In this document: piece after piece, positions 52,423 to 64,000 of the stretch
Layout of the letters: the number at the start of each line of letters is the position of its first letter
How positions within the stretch are numbered: the stretch's first letter is position 1
Source: Eledone cirrhosa
Taxonomy: Eukaryota
Direction of reading: 5' to 3'
Assembly (NCBI GenBank): GCA_964016885.1
Contig: OZ024741.1
Span: 135,966,001 to 136,030,000, forward strand
DNA: 64,000 bases
Made by a program: the position numbers and the translations under genes
The notes under the pieces: generated by a model
Seen by the model: only the letters and a program-made list of their open reading frames with translations
What the model was told of the DNA's origin: nothing
Database searches by the model: none

Positions 52423-53769
52423 ATCTGAGAGAGCATGTATATCTTGTCTTAAGATGTCAAGCACAGAATTAGCTGAGTGGTTAAGAAATTTGCGGCTTAA
52501 CCCTTATGTTTGAAACAATATTTGCATATTATTCAAAACATATTTTTCTGCATGAGAAATAATTAATATTAGCATATGAATGAAAAAAATATGTGTACAC
52601 GTGCATATACTTGTACACGTTAGTATACGTATAAATGTATATATATATATATATGTGTACATATATGTAAACATAGCCATACCTCTTTCAGGGAGCTGGC
52701 CTGGCTGATGTGTAACGAAATCAGACAAGGGTTAAAAGTTTGCTTCTCACTCATGAGGTTTGAGTTCAACCAAACCACAAGGCATCTTGAGGAAGTGTAT
52801 TTTACTTTACTTTTTAATCTACCCAAATCTCATGAGTAACATTAGAGAGAAGGAAATTGTTTGAATAGCAATTGGGTAGACTGTACCTGGAATTCAGATT
52901 ACGACTGAGTCACAGTGTTTCTGATGTACATTATGACCCGATAGTAGCGTAGTTAAATTGGTTAATCCACGGAATTTTTTATCATACACATTCACTAATG
53001 ATGTATTTACTTTTTAACAATTCTGAAAACAAATGGCCTAAAAACACACATGGCTCTTAGATGAAAAGAAATGTTTTAAATGTCTATATAAATCGAAAAA
53101 CCAGCCATCGTATATTTAATATAAACCTGTGTCATATTATGTTTGAAGCCTCATCATAATAATTTGAAAGTTAGTTATATTAGAAAATTTATTCGAATTA
53201 TTGAATATTTTCAAATTTATTCTAAAATCATCGACAGTATATTTCATTAGAAGTATGGGAAGGGAAGGCTAATTTAATCATCATCATCACCACCATCATC
53301 ATTCAGCCTTCGTCTGTCCATATCAGCTGGTGGATCCGATCCCATACCTCGTTCACTTATATCACGGTTTTGACATACCCCATCCCTGTATGTCCCAACC
53401 CCTGTATATTTTTCGTGTGTGTATAGAACTTAGCTTGACCCAGGCAGCTTACCATTCTCTGTAACACGATATTCTTCACTCCACCCCCTTCCCTGGCCTG
53501 CTGTCCGAAGACTTAGAATTTGAGAGGTAGTAATGATTCGCCAGGTAAACTATACGTCCTCCTACCCGCTTAGCAAACTAGCAGGAAGAATTTGTTAAAG
53601 ATAACTTCACTCAGGGAAGATGAGGCATTGTAGCAGCACGCCGCTTCGTTCTTCATTCGTCTCTGGGTCAAAAACATAAACACACTTTTTTTCTCCTCGG
53701 TTTTTTTTTCTGTGCTCGTTTACTTAAAGCTTACCATCATTCCATTGGTATACATCTATTACGCAATTT

Positions 53770-53827
53770 ACACCTGAAGATGTCACCGAGTTCTTACGCA
53801 ACCTGGCCACTGAAACGTACACAGTGT
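53770..53827 (+). ncRNA. decayed hammerhead remnant in a pLTR-like fragment
   Basis: acac-CTGAAGA-tg...cact-GAAA-cgtaca-ca-gtgt: stem I is intact but the NUH triplet is lost. Confidence 0.45.
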
Positions 53828-54055
53828 TTGTGGAATTAAATAATTCAACATATTTGGCTTCCTGTCTTTTCACTTTATAATACAATTACTCCGTTTCGGC
53901 ACCACCAACATAACATGATTCAACATCGAAGATGGCTGAGATGCATTACGTTGAGTGCTCTTCTCAACATAATGGTTAACATTGCGGAATGACCAATTCT
54001 ACCCAGTGGTAAACCACCAAATTTAAATGTGTAACCCCCCCCCCCCCCCCCCCCC

Positions 54056-54086
<31 letters not shown>

Positions 54087-54513
54087 CTAGAAATTGATTA
54101 ACATATAAATGAACATATGAAACAATCACGGGATAATTTGTAAAAGTGTGTAAGCACACATAGCTAGGTAGGTAACTGAATAAAGTTTAATTAGAACTTC
54201 AAAAATAGATACCTTATGAAATGATTAATCTTCCTTGTATATATTCCATTAAAGAAATATATTTCACCAATTAATCGATTGGTAAACGATAGTAGCCAGA
54301 TCCTGGATTTTCAACAAGGAAGAGGTCCAACCATCTGTGTTTACGCATCAAATTCAAATCACCGACTGGCTAGTAACACGTTCTGTATTTACTAAAAATA
54401 CACACATCATACCAGCTTCGTCCCGGTGGCGTGAATAGGGTTGTCGACAACTAGAAACAGCAGTCAAGTCCTTTCAACTGAGTTAGCTCTACAATTAAGG
54501 GGCCGTATTTATA

Positions 54514-54575
54514 TATATCCAATATTAAGATAAATTAAATTAAATTTAATTTAATTTATCTTAATTTTGGATATA
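54514..54575. repeat. 62-bp spacerless palindrome between TA runs
   Basis: tatatccaatattaagataaattaaattaaa|tttaatttaatttatcttaattttggatata, with one mismatch. Confidence 0.85.
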
Positions 54576-54604
54576 CATATATATATATATATACATGTGC
54601 TTTT

Positions 54605-54750
54605 GCTATTTCCATCTACTAATTTCTACTCACATGGCCTATTGCCCGAATGCGAGGCTATAGATACTAGATGACACACAATATGCAGCACGGACCCACT
54701 GAAACCAGAACCACAAGCTTACGATCTTCTTACCCTATATAGCCACGCTT
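54605..54750 (-). mobile_element. degenerate tRNA SINE head (family also at about 31520..31660 -, 52690..52870 +, 62630..62778 -)
   Basis: Shared pattern tttccatctactaatttc.actcac...ctatag..agatgacac....cttcttacc..atagccacgc. Confidence 0.55.
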
Positions 54751-56145
54751 GTTCACCCATGGCTAGAACAATGAGTATATAGGTCATCTATTTCAGTATT
54801 ATGAGTTATTGACTAGTCTAATTTTATGTTATGAGGCAATACGAAGTTGTAAGTTACTTTTCTCACACATACTGTAATGCAGGCGGAACGGCTATCACAT
54901 GCAGTCCAGTATATAGAGAGGAGATCAAATGCATGATGCTCCAAGCACGCGTATAGGATTTTGTTGTAATCGATAGAATTGAATTCCGTCCTAATGATCT
55001 AAATCGCTCATTTTATTTATTTATATTTTTATTTTTGTTTTCTTTATTTCTCAATTCAGAAATAAACATGTAAAAACACGCATGAATTTGACATAATGAA
55101 AGCATTATAATTGTAGGGAAGCACGCAGAGTTATGAATGTGTGAATGACAGTCTTTATAGAAAAGTGAAACTCAGGCTATTAAAGGTAAATCGAGTGTTT
55201 TGTTACAGCCACTCCCTGAAGAAAATCTCGATCACGGAAGTTAAAATTAGTCGCATTATATCTCATCTCTCGGCGGAATTTCAATGTAAAAGGAAACAGA
55301 AATAGCTTCAATATTGAAAATTGGCTAATTACTTCAGTTTAACAACGTTTGTATATGTTTTTATTGAAATTAATAGGAACAGTTTGTTGGGGAAATAGCC
55401 ATTGGCAACTCATCTTATTCCCTCGAGCAATGTAGAAACACACAACGTTAAATCTCTATAAAGCCGAATAGAAGGTGTGTGGCTTAGTGGTTAGGGGTAG
55501 TCAGTTCGCGATCGTAAGATCGTAAGTTCAATTCCCGTCGGTAAGTTTAGTTTGTTGAGCAAAACGCTTATTAAATGTTGTAATCCAAAGAGCTAGCTTT
55601 GTCATACGCTGTGTCGTGCTGAATCTTCCCGAGAATTACCTGAAGGGTACGCTTGACTCTGTTGCATTGGTCGAAGAAATGGAACACTCGACACTGGAAA
55701 CGACGGAGCTCCAGCAAAAACAACAATTGGTGCTTACCACTTTGATATACTACTAAAAAGGTAGAGCCTCCAAAGTATTACATACCAGAATATAAGTCGG
55801 AAACAGTTTCATCATCAATACAGAATCAAACATGTTAATACACAATTTACTGGGGTCGGTTTAATCGACTTTCCCCTCCCCTAAAATTGTTGAATGCTGG
55901 AGTTGCGACCGATAGATAGTATTAGCAATTGGAAAGACCAACGGAAACATTGTTCCCTCGGTCCGATTTGACGAAAGTCGACCGTTCCTTTTATATATAC
56001 AAAAATTGGAATTAAGAGTATTCCGCAGTTCACAGTAATAATAATAATAGTATTAGGTCAAAGAAGAATAGAGAATTTTCTTCTGAGCTCAAATGCAAAT
56101 ATATTACACAAAGAGAAGTGTGTTACACAGTGAGATGTGTGTAAA

Positions 56146-56181
<36 letters not shown>

Positions 56182-56878
56182 CGGGAAAGATGAGGTTATT
56201 CTCAGTTCCCAGTGTGCGCCTGAAAATGCTAGTTGCCCTGGGTGCCTATACTGGATTTTCAATAGCAACCTTTGCAAGATGTGTTTATGGCAGATCAATT
56301 TTTGGTGTGGAACTATAGTAGACATAACCCGAGAAAACACACCATAATAAGTCGGATAAACAATCAGAAGTGTTGGCCCTAAAGAGGTCCCTGTAATGTT
56401 CACTGTTGCAAAGTATCAATAATGGGGAAGAAGTTACATCTTAATTCGTGTTAATCTTCCCACGATCCTAAGCCAACAAATATCGACTAAATAAACTCTA
56501 CGCTCAAAGATGGCGTCCAAATATTCATCGACATACGATTTGGGTTTTATTCTTCAGACTAATCTCATGGTAAGCCAACTTCCAGGCCATTGATCATCAC
56601 ACTTTTTTGAATCACCGATTCCTACAGTTTACTTTAATGTGACCTAATCGAATGCACGTGTTCAGAATCCATATCAGTGGATTTGTTTAGCAAGATTATT
56701 TATCTGAAAATGTGTGTTGAAACCGATATTGTTATACTTTGGGAGGGTCATGTTGCCAATAAGAAACACACACACCGCTGCTTTCACTCCAATTTATTAT
56801 AATAAATTTATAGATTTAGGAATTTATAAATTTCCGGATGGTTGGTTGCTTCCACAACCAGATGGTTGTTTATATATT

Positions 56879-56921
56879 GTCAAAATTCTTTCGTCACACA
56901 TTCTGTGACCTCTTCAGTAAC
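56879..56921 (-). ncRNA. minimal hammerhead-like motif in the PLE 3' UTR
   Basis: gtta-CTGAAGA-g-GTCAC agaatgt GTGAC-GAAA-gaat-TT-tgac: good stem II, weak stems I and III. Confidence 0.55.
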
Positions 56922-57167
56922 TGGGGATTCTTTTCTTTGTTTTTTGTGCCTCTCCTTTGTTCTGTCCTACGCCATCTTGTTTTTGTGTGTGTGTTGTGTG
57001 CTTAGTTTGCGCATGTGTTACATCCGGGTGTTTGTGTGTGTTTATATTCGTTTATTTATTTGTTTATTTACATGTTACTGGTTGGTTGTTTGTTCTATGT
57101 GCGTGTGTGTTTTCATTTTGTCCTTAATTGTAAGTTGTGATGTTGCTGTTCCACTCATGTTTTCTAT

Positions 57168-59342
57168 TTAATTTGGTTGTAATTCATTTATGTTTATTGC
57201 CTCTGTGATTTGTCTAAACATTGCGTCTTTTCTGTGTGTAGATTCTATTTTTATTTCTATGTTCTCTAATTTACCCTTATGTTCTATTTTAGCATGTTGG
57301 TAGAGTACAGATGATTCTTTACTATCTTGAAGGTCTCGCCAGTGTTCATTTATCCGTTCCCCTATACTACGAGCTGTCTCACCTATGTACACTATATTTT
57401 TATCTCTACATTGTCCTTCTGTACATCTTATGCTATATACTACATTTCTAGTTTTACAGTTAATATGGGGGCTTAATTTACAGATTATACATTTCTTATC
57501 TATACAGGGAGGTCTTTGAAAAGGGTATGTCTTGCTAATAAGTGTTTTTCTGGAGGTACCTGGTCTTTCTACTATCTTAATATTGAGTTTATGTTTATCT
57601 AGGGCCCTTCTAAATTTGTAAGCTAATTCACCTCTAGGGGTTGTATCGATGAACATTACACTCTGGTATTTATTGCTATTATACCATGAGTTTATTCTAT
57701 TAGCCTTATTCCTAGTTCTTTCTATTCTATTCCAAAATTTGCTCCTATACAAGGGGCAGGTCCCATTTGTGTCATTATTTACCATTTTTTCCCATTTGGT
57801 TCTGGCTCCTCTATACACCCTGGTTTTATCTCTCTGATTGTAACCAGAGAACTGCATACGGTGGATGAAGTGTTGTATGTGTCTCTCTAGTTCTTCGGGG
57901 TTGCATATGCGGGACACGTTTCTCATCACCCGTACCAAATCCGCAATCAGTATGTTGATTTTGGTATGGTCCGAAACAGCTGAGTTTCGGTGGATCAGAT
58001 ATTTGGAAGTCATGGGTTTGGCATAATGGTAATGGAGGATTTGTTTTTTGTTATTAATGGTATCTAACCAGAGCTCTGTGTCTAGTACAGGTAATCGATG
58101 GTTGGGGTGTTTGCTTGGGTAGTCTATAGTAACTCTAATACTCTGGTGGATGGAGTTAGCTATTTGCTGGATGCTTTCCATTGTGTTTTTCTCTAATTCC
58201 TGACAGTTCTCTAATGGGGGTGTCTTAACTACGATGTTTATATCATCTACGTAGCGGGAGTACATTATCAGGGTTAAGCTGTCTTCTAATTGTTCTTTAA
58301 GTTTAAGTTTAAGTCTACTGTCCCACCATACCATGAATAAGTTAGCTATGTCGCCTGCAATGCTAACACCAATGGCTGCTCCTTCCTCTTGGGCATATGT
58401 TTTTCCATTAAATTTGAACATATATTCCTTAAGGGTTAATTTGATGCTGGCCCCTAGCACATGTGCAATCATTTTCTTCAGTTCATCGTGGTTTTCGGGT
58501 GTCCGTATGGCTCTGGTCCACCCGTTCCATCTATCTGTGTGGGTTTTCTTGGCCATTGAGGTAATGGTAGGTGGTCTGCCTCTTGCTGGTCTTGTAGAGC
58601 ACAGGTTGCTAAGGTCATATGTGTCTAGATAATTATTACTATAGGTAAGTTTAAGTAGGAGTCCCAGCTCACTGGTATCAATCCCACGGAATTCAACATT
58701 GCTCTCACTGATCATTTCTACGCATTTCTCCACAGAAAAATCCACGTCAATAGATGGATACAGGGACACAACATCCATACTACTTATTATGCAGTTTGTT
58801 AGGTCACTAGATCGGTTACCCTCGCTGATTCTGCTGAGGAGGCCCTCCGTGCTGTCACATACATCTGGGAACATTTCAATGATGGGGCGTATGATCAGGG
58901 AGAGGAAGTAGGACAGTCTGTAGTTACTAGCAATGTTAGCTCCACAGACTGGCTGTGTTGGTGGTCCTGTGACTGGGTCACTGCTCGTTTTATGGTCTTT
59001 TCGAAGCCCATACAACGCTGGCACGTCATTGTTCCAGGCCTGGAAGTTGTTGGCAGTCCTTTTGTTGGGCTGCATTATATTTGTCCACATCATATGGGCA
59101 TTGAGGGATTTTTCTCTATCCTCATGCTCTTGTGATGTTACTTCTCTTGTGTTAGTGATGTGGGGTTGCATTGCCTGGATGTAGTTTGGCAGACTGTCAA
59201 CCGACATTCTGCCAGACTTGTCTGTTGGAAAGCATGCTATCTCTCCATTACGCGAGCGCTGCATGAGCTTACGCAAGCCATTTGCAGATTTTTCTCCCAG
59301 TTGCTGGGCCTCCATTCTATTATGCTTCTTGCTATACTGTTC

Positions 59343-59345
<3 letters not shown>
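57168..59345 (-). CDS. Penelope-like RT + GIY-YIG endonuclease (N-terminally truncated; the TA-derived N-terminus in the ORF track is artefactual)
   Basis: TDKSG, LYGLRKDHK, MDVVSLYPSID, AIG, YVDD, VLD, KPM; C..C..C..C-NVVYSIRC..YIGETARS.ER.EH. A 1-nt shift at the end hides LNRKHEW. Confidence 0.9.
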
Positions 59346-59393
<48 letters not shown>

Positions 59394-59505
59394 CAAAGAA
59401 AGTGTGTTAAGAAACCAGGTGGACCAAAACTCACCAGAGTACTCGATACTTAGGGTAGTAGAGAGGGTAATAGTAAAAGACTCAGGACCCCTGACTTTTT
59501 CCTAC

Positions 59506-59571
<66 letters not shown>

Positions 59572-59870
59572 GGAGGTAGCAGGGACCTACACTATATAAT
59601 GACGTATAATTTCGTTGGAAATGTCAGCAATGAAATTCTCAAGTATTTAAAGTATCATATGTGTTGTTCTGACAAAGCGGGAGATTTTGACATGTTCCGA
59701 CATGAAGCACATCCAATACATAATATAATATATAATTCAGCTTGTGTAATGAAGCTCTTTACTATTGTAATATTATCATCAGCCAACACTGCACAGTAAA
59801 ACGATTCAAGACAAACGCAGTAGTAGCGGCGTGTCAGTATGAAATTCAAACAGGATATCACAATAATATA

Positions 59871-59924
<54 letters not shown>

Positions 59925-60110
59925 CATATATACATATACATACACACACAGCCACATTAATATGTATATATTTATATATATATATATATATATATGAGCA
60001 TATTTTCATATAGAAGTAAATAAATATGTAAACACACACGCGCCCACACATTCACACACACACACTCACTCTCACACACACACACAACATACATACATAC
60101 ACACACACAG

Positions 60111-60183
<73 letters not shown>

Positions 60184-60659
60184 TATATTTATATATATAT
60201 ATAATTATATATATATACTTATATAAATATATATATATATGTATAAACAACACAAAAACACGCACAAATTAACCAAGAAAACATAACGTAAGCTCTTGAT
60301 ATTTTACACGAACGGAAATACTAAATATTGGAATGGATTTGAGTAATAGAAAATAGAGATATGTAATAGGAAGCCCCCTGCTACTCTAGCTCTACAGCTA
60401 ATATGCATTAGGTAAGATTCTAATCACATAATCATAATATTTCAGCTATTTGATTCATGATTATTCCAACGTAAAACCTTTTTCTCCCTCTCATCTTCCA
60501 CTTAAACACCCTATCTGTCTTTATGTTTCTACCTGTACCTGTCTCTGTGTTTCTATCTATCTCTCCCTCCTTTCCTCTCCTTCTTATCCTTCCGCCATGA
60601 TCCTCTAACCCTCCCCCATACGCTCTTTGTTTTTTTCTGTGCCTGTCATCCTTTATCAT

Positions 60660-60753
<94 letters not shown>

Positions 60754-61243
60754 TTACATACATATATATATCAATGCTTACGTGGACCTCTCAAATTCGT
60801 TGGATTTTCAGGAGTTTACCTGAACTTCCACCAGGAAATCTTTTCGTATCACTGATATTTTCTTTTCTGCTTGTATTATTTATCCTTTCGGTGTCGATAA
60901 AGTATAGTACCAGTAATGCATTGGTGTAATTGCGGGCCTTGTGCCAAAAGTATAAACAGTTATTTAAATATTCCACGACTCCCTATCACTTTTCCTCCAC
61001 TATACTCTTCTTACTTCCACCTTCGTCTCACATGTCTATTTCTCTCTCCCCCCAGTATTTTACTCTCTTTATTTTCCGATTCCGCACAACCCGTCTCTTC
61101 AATCTTTCCAATTTCTCATTTTTTGTTCTGGTGAAGAACTAATATCCGAAACATTAAAATCCTCTTCCTGCTATATCAAGCGTTAACCTACTATATTCTT
61201 TCCATATACTGTACCGATTGGGTTGTTATTTCTGTTTACGTTT

Positions 61244-61381
<138 letters not shown>

Positions 61382-61494
61382 CACACACACACGCGCGCGC
61401 ACACACACATACACATACATACACACACACACACACATATATATATCGAAATCATCGTGTGTCAATCTAAATCATCAATTTAGATTTACTGTAT

Positions 61495-61651
61495 AGAGTT
61501 ATCACCCTTTCCGTTCTGAGTTCAAATCCCGCCGAGTTTAGCTTTGCCTTTCATCCTTACGCGGTCGATAAAATAAAGTACCAGGGGTCGATTTAATCGA
61601 CTTTCTCCTCTCCTTCAAATTGCTGGTCTTCTGCATAAAGTAGAAACCATT

Positions 61652-61668
<17 letters not shown>
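61495..61668 (+). mobile_element. Nin-type SINE, 5' truncated (others at about 60790..60960 and 62947..63147)
   Basis: gttcaaatcccgccgag..gcctttcatccttac.cggtcgataaaataaagtacc..gtagaaacc(att)n. Confidence 0.85.
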
Positions 61669-61708
<40 letters not shown>

Positions 61709-61715
<7 letters not shown>

Positions 61716-62133
61716 TTAGAAACACACAGATACATGCGGACACACACATATACATGAATGCATCCGCACCCAACCGTGAGTTAAGGGTGCCAACTTCACC
61801 GATGTTGCTCAATGAATGACTGGGACAGACCAATCCGGTTGAACTAGACTGAACCAGTATCAGAGTTAAAAATACATTATGAAGAGAGAAGAAACATTTA
61901 GATATAATTAGTAATAAAATGTATCATACCTAAACTGCTCCTAGATTCCTCGACTACGTAGTTTCGTGGCATAAACAAAAACAATATATCATAAAGATAT
62001 AGAGTCCTTGCGAGGTCTGCCGACTTATCAAGAGGATACCTCATTTTACTAGTCTCAAGAACGCGTCTACACGACGTGAGAAAGAATCCCAAAAGGCGGA
62101 GGGGGAGATAGTCACGCGATATAACGGTTGAGA
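61709..62133 (-). mobile_element. dispersed, 5'-truncated third copy of the 595-bp hammerhead element (hammerhead at 61947..62036)
   Basis: Nearly identical to 1745..2170, with the same (TA)n-abutting 3' end and the same TTGATAA core. Confidence 0.9.
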
Positions 62134-62544
62134 TTATATATATATAAATCACCTTGATAGGAAGCAATTGAGCCTTCTTCAGGACCATGTACGGACAAAG
62201 AATCGGGGCTCAAACCGAGGTCCTGCTGTCTCCAGAACTAGTGTTTCCTATTAGCAGAAAATCTGTGATGACTCACTCAGGCGCATTACCCAAGTAACGG
62301 GGGCTGAGTTCCCCTACCGTTGATCTCATGATTTGTTCTTCCCCCAAGAAACAAGTCCTAAAATCTAAGACAACTATTTATCGGTGTTAACATCTCAGTA
62401 CAGCCACCATTTATACTTTCCAAATGGGTCTTCGCAGCTAATCATCATCTCTGAAGACCGTTCCCACATCCGACATCTGAGGACCGAGTGTTAAGGGAGT
62501 TATCTCCCCTACAACACACACTCCCATACACACGCACGCGCACA

Positions 62545-62581
<37 letters not shown>

Positions 62582-63624
62582 TCATACACACACCCACACA
62601 CACACACACACATCTTGTATTCTTGCTGCAATTTCCAACATCTAAATTTTAATCACAAAGCGTTTGTCAGCTCGAGACTAGCAGAAAACACTTGACCAGA
62701 GTGTCACGCAAATGTCGTGCACTGGGAACCCACCTACTAGCGCTGAAGTGACTGCTTAACCACACAGTCACGCCTGTGATGGATGATATTTAAACTGACA
62801 AGCTGTATATACTTTAATTCATGATTTGCCGGATGTAATTCGGGGTATATAGACATTCAATAGTCGTTTATCGAAAAAAACATTTCAATAAACATTTTCA
62901 GGTTATTTCTGCTTTTTTTTTTTAATTAATATTATTTTACTTCTAGGGCGGTGGATTGGCAGTCTCGGCAAAGAATCGGGCACCACGCTTTGCAGCAAAG
63001 AGTTACGGCCCTTTATGATCTGAGCTCAAATTACGTTTACGGGGTCGATAAATAAAGTACCAGTCACGCACGGGGTTCGATTTAATCGACTTTTCCCTTC
63101 CCCAAATTTGCTGACCTTGTGCCTATATAAGAAACCATTAATATTATTTTACTGTTTTCAGTCGTTAGTCCCCGGCCTGGTTGGGGTATCGCCTTAAAGG
63201 GAATTAGTCGACATAACAAACCCAGTAATTATTTTTCTAAAGCCTCTTATTTTCTTGATCTCTTTTTGCCGAGCAGTAAAAGTAATCTCAGACACAAAGA
63301 CACAAACACAAATACACAAATACACAAAACATTCACAAACGTGCATACACACAAACACACATACATACATGCATACACAAGTACATACATACACGCATAC
63401 ATACATCATATATACATACATCCATAATACATTCATACATATATCATACATATATACAGCATACATATATCATACATACATCATACATAATACATACATC
63501 ATAAATACATAATAGATACATACATACATACATACATACATACATACATACATACATACATACATACATACAACTGAACTCGAAACCACGAGAATGCAGT
63601 ATTTATTTATTTTAATTCATTACT

Positions 63625-63627
<3 letters not shown>

Positions 63628-63660
<33 letters not shown>

Positions 63661-63665
63661 TGGGT

Positions 63666-63758
<93 letters not shown>

Positions 63759-63828
63759 AAGAGAGAGAGAGATGGAGAGAGAGAGAGATGGAGAGAGAGA
63801 GAGATAGAGAGAGAGATGGAGAGAGATG

Positions 63829-63893
<65 letters not shown>

Positions 63894-63945
63894 GAGGGAT
63901 GGGTAGAGAAAAAGAGAGAGAAAGAGAGAAAGAGAGGAGAGAGAT
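63628..63945. repeat. imperfect (GA)n microsatellite
   Basis: Seen directly. Confidence 0.97.
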
Positions 63946-64000
63946 TGGAAATTCGTGTCAGAATTCTCAAAGTAGAATTGCTATATTTTAAGACATAATT

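Larger units (their letters stand above)
56776..59345 (-). mobile_element. 5'-truncated Penelope-like element of a second lineage
   Basis: Long RT + GIY-YIG ORF truncated at (TA)n, with a 3' UTR holding a hammerhead-like motif and ending at (CA)n. Confidence 0.9.

Noticed and set aside
61120-61165. ttCTGGTGAagaactaatatccGAAAcattaaaa hammerhead-like string
   Set aside because: The core is mutated (A6G) and stem II does not pair; at most a dead relic.

Overview
AT-rich, microsatellite-saturated eukaryotic DNA with no recognisable host gene. The repeat families (Nin- and CORE-like tRNA SINEs, TA/CA/GA/AAT microsatellites) suggest an octopus or other cephalopod; this is an inference. Nearly all structure is retroelement-derived. 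(1) At 10.9-26.4 kb a single (AAT)n tract holds two full-length, mutated Tx1/L1-clade LINEs (minus strand), a SINE 3' stub and two 5'-truncated R4/Dong-clade LINEs (plus strand). (2) There are three Penelope-like (RT + GIY-YIG) elements, one nearly intact with a hammerhead ribozyme in each pseudo-LTR. (3) Several ORF-less, (TA)n-embedded elements carry type I hammerhead folds, including a 595-bp tandem retrozyme-like unit with a compensatory U3-A8 core, a 998-bp tandem unit with a giant branched stem II, and a family with a U4A core. (4) RTE and Tc1/mariner relics, many SINEs and a six-copy SINE array complete the picture. The best candidates for new biology are the retrozyme-like hammerhead elements with their two-ended (TA)n insertion architecture, and a splice donor conserved at the end of ORF1 in both Tx1 elements that, with a 3' UTR acceptor, would place ORF2 inside an intron. 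All RNA folds were made by eye, and no database search was possible.
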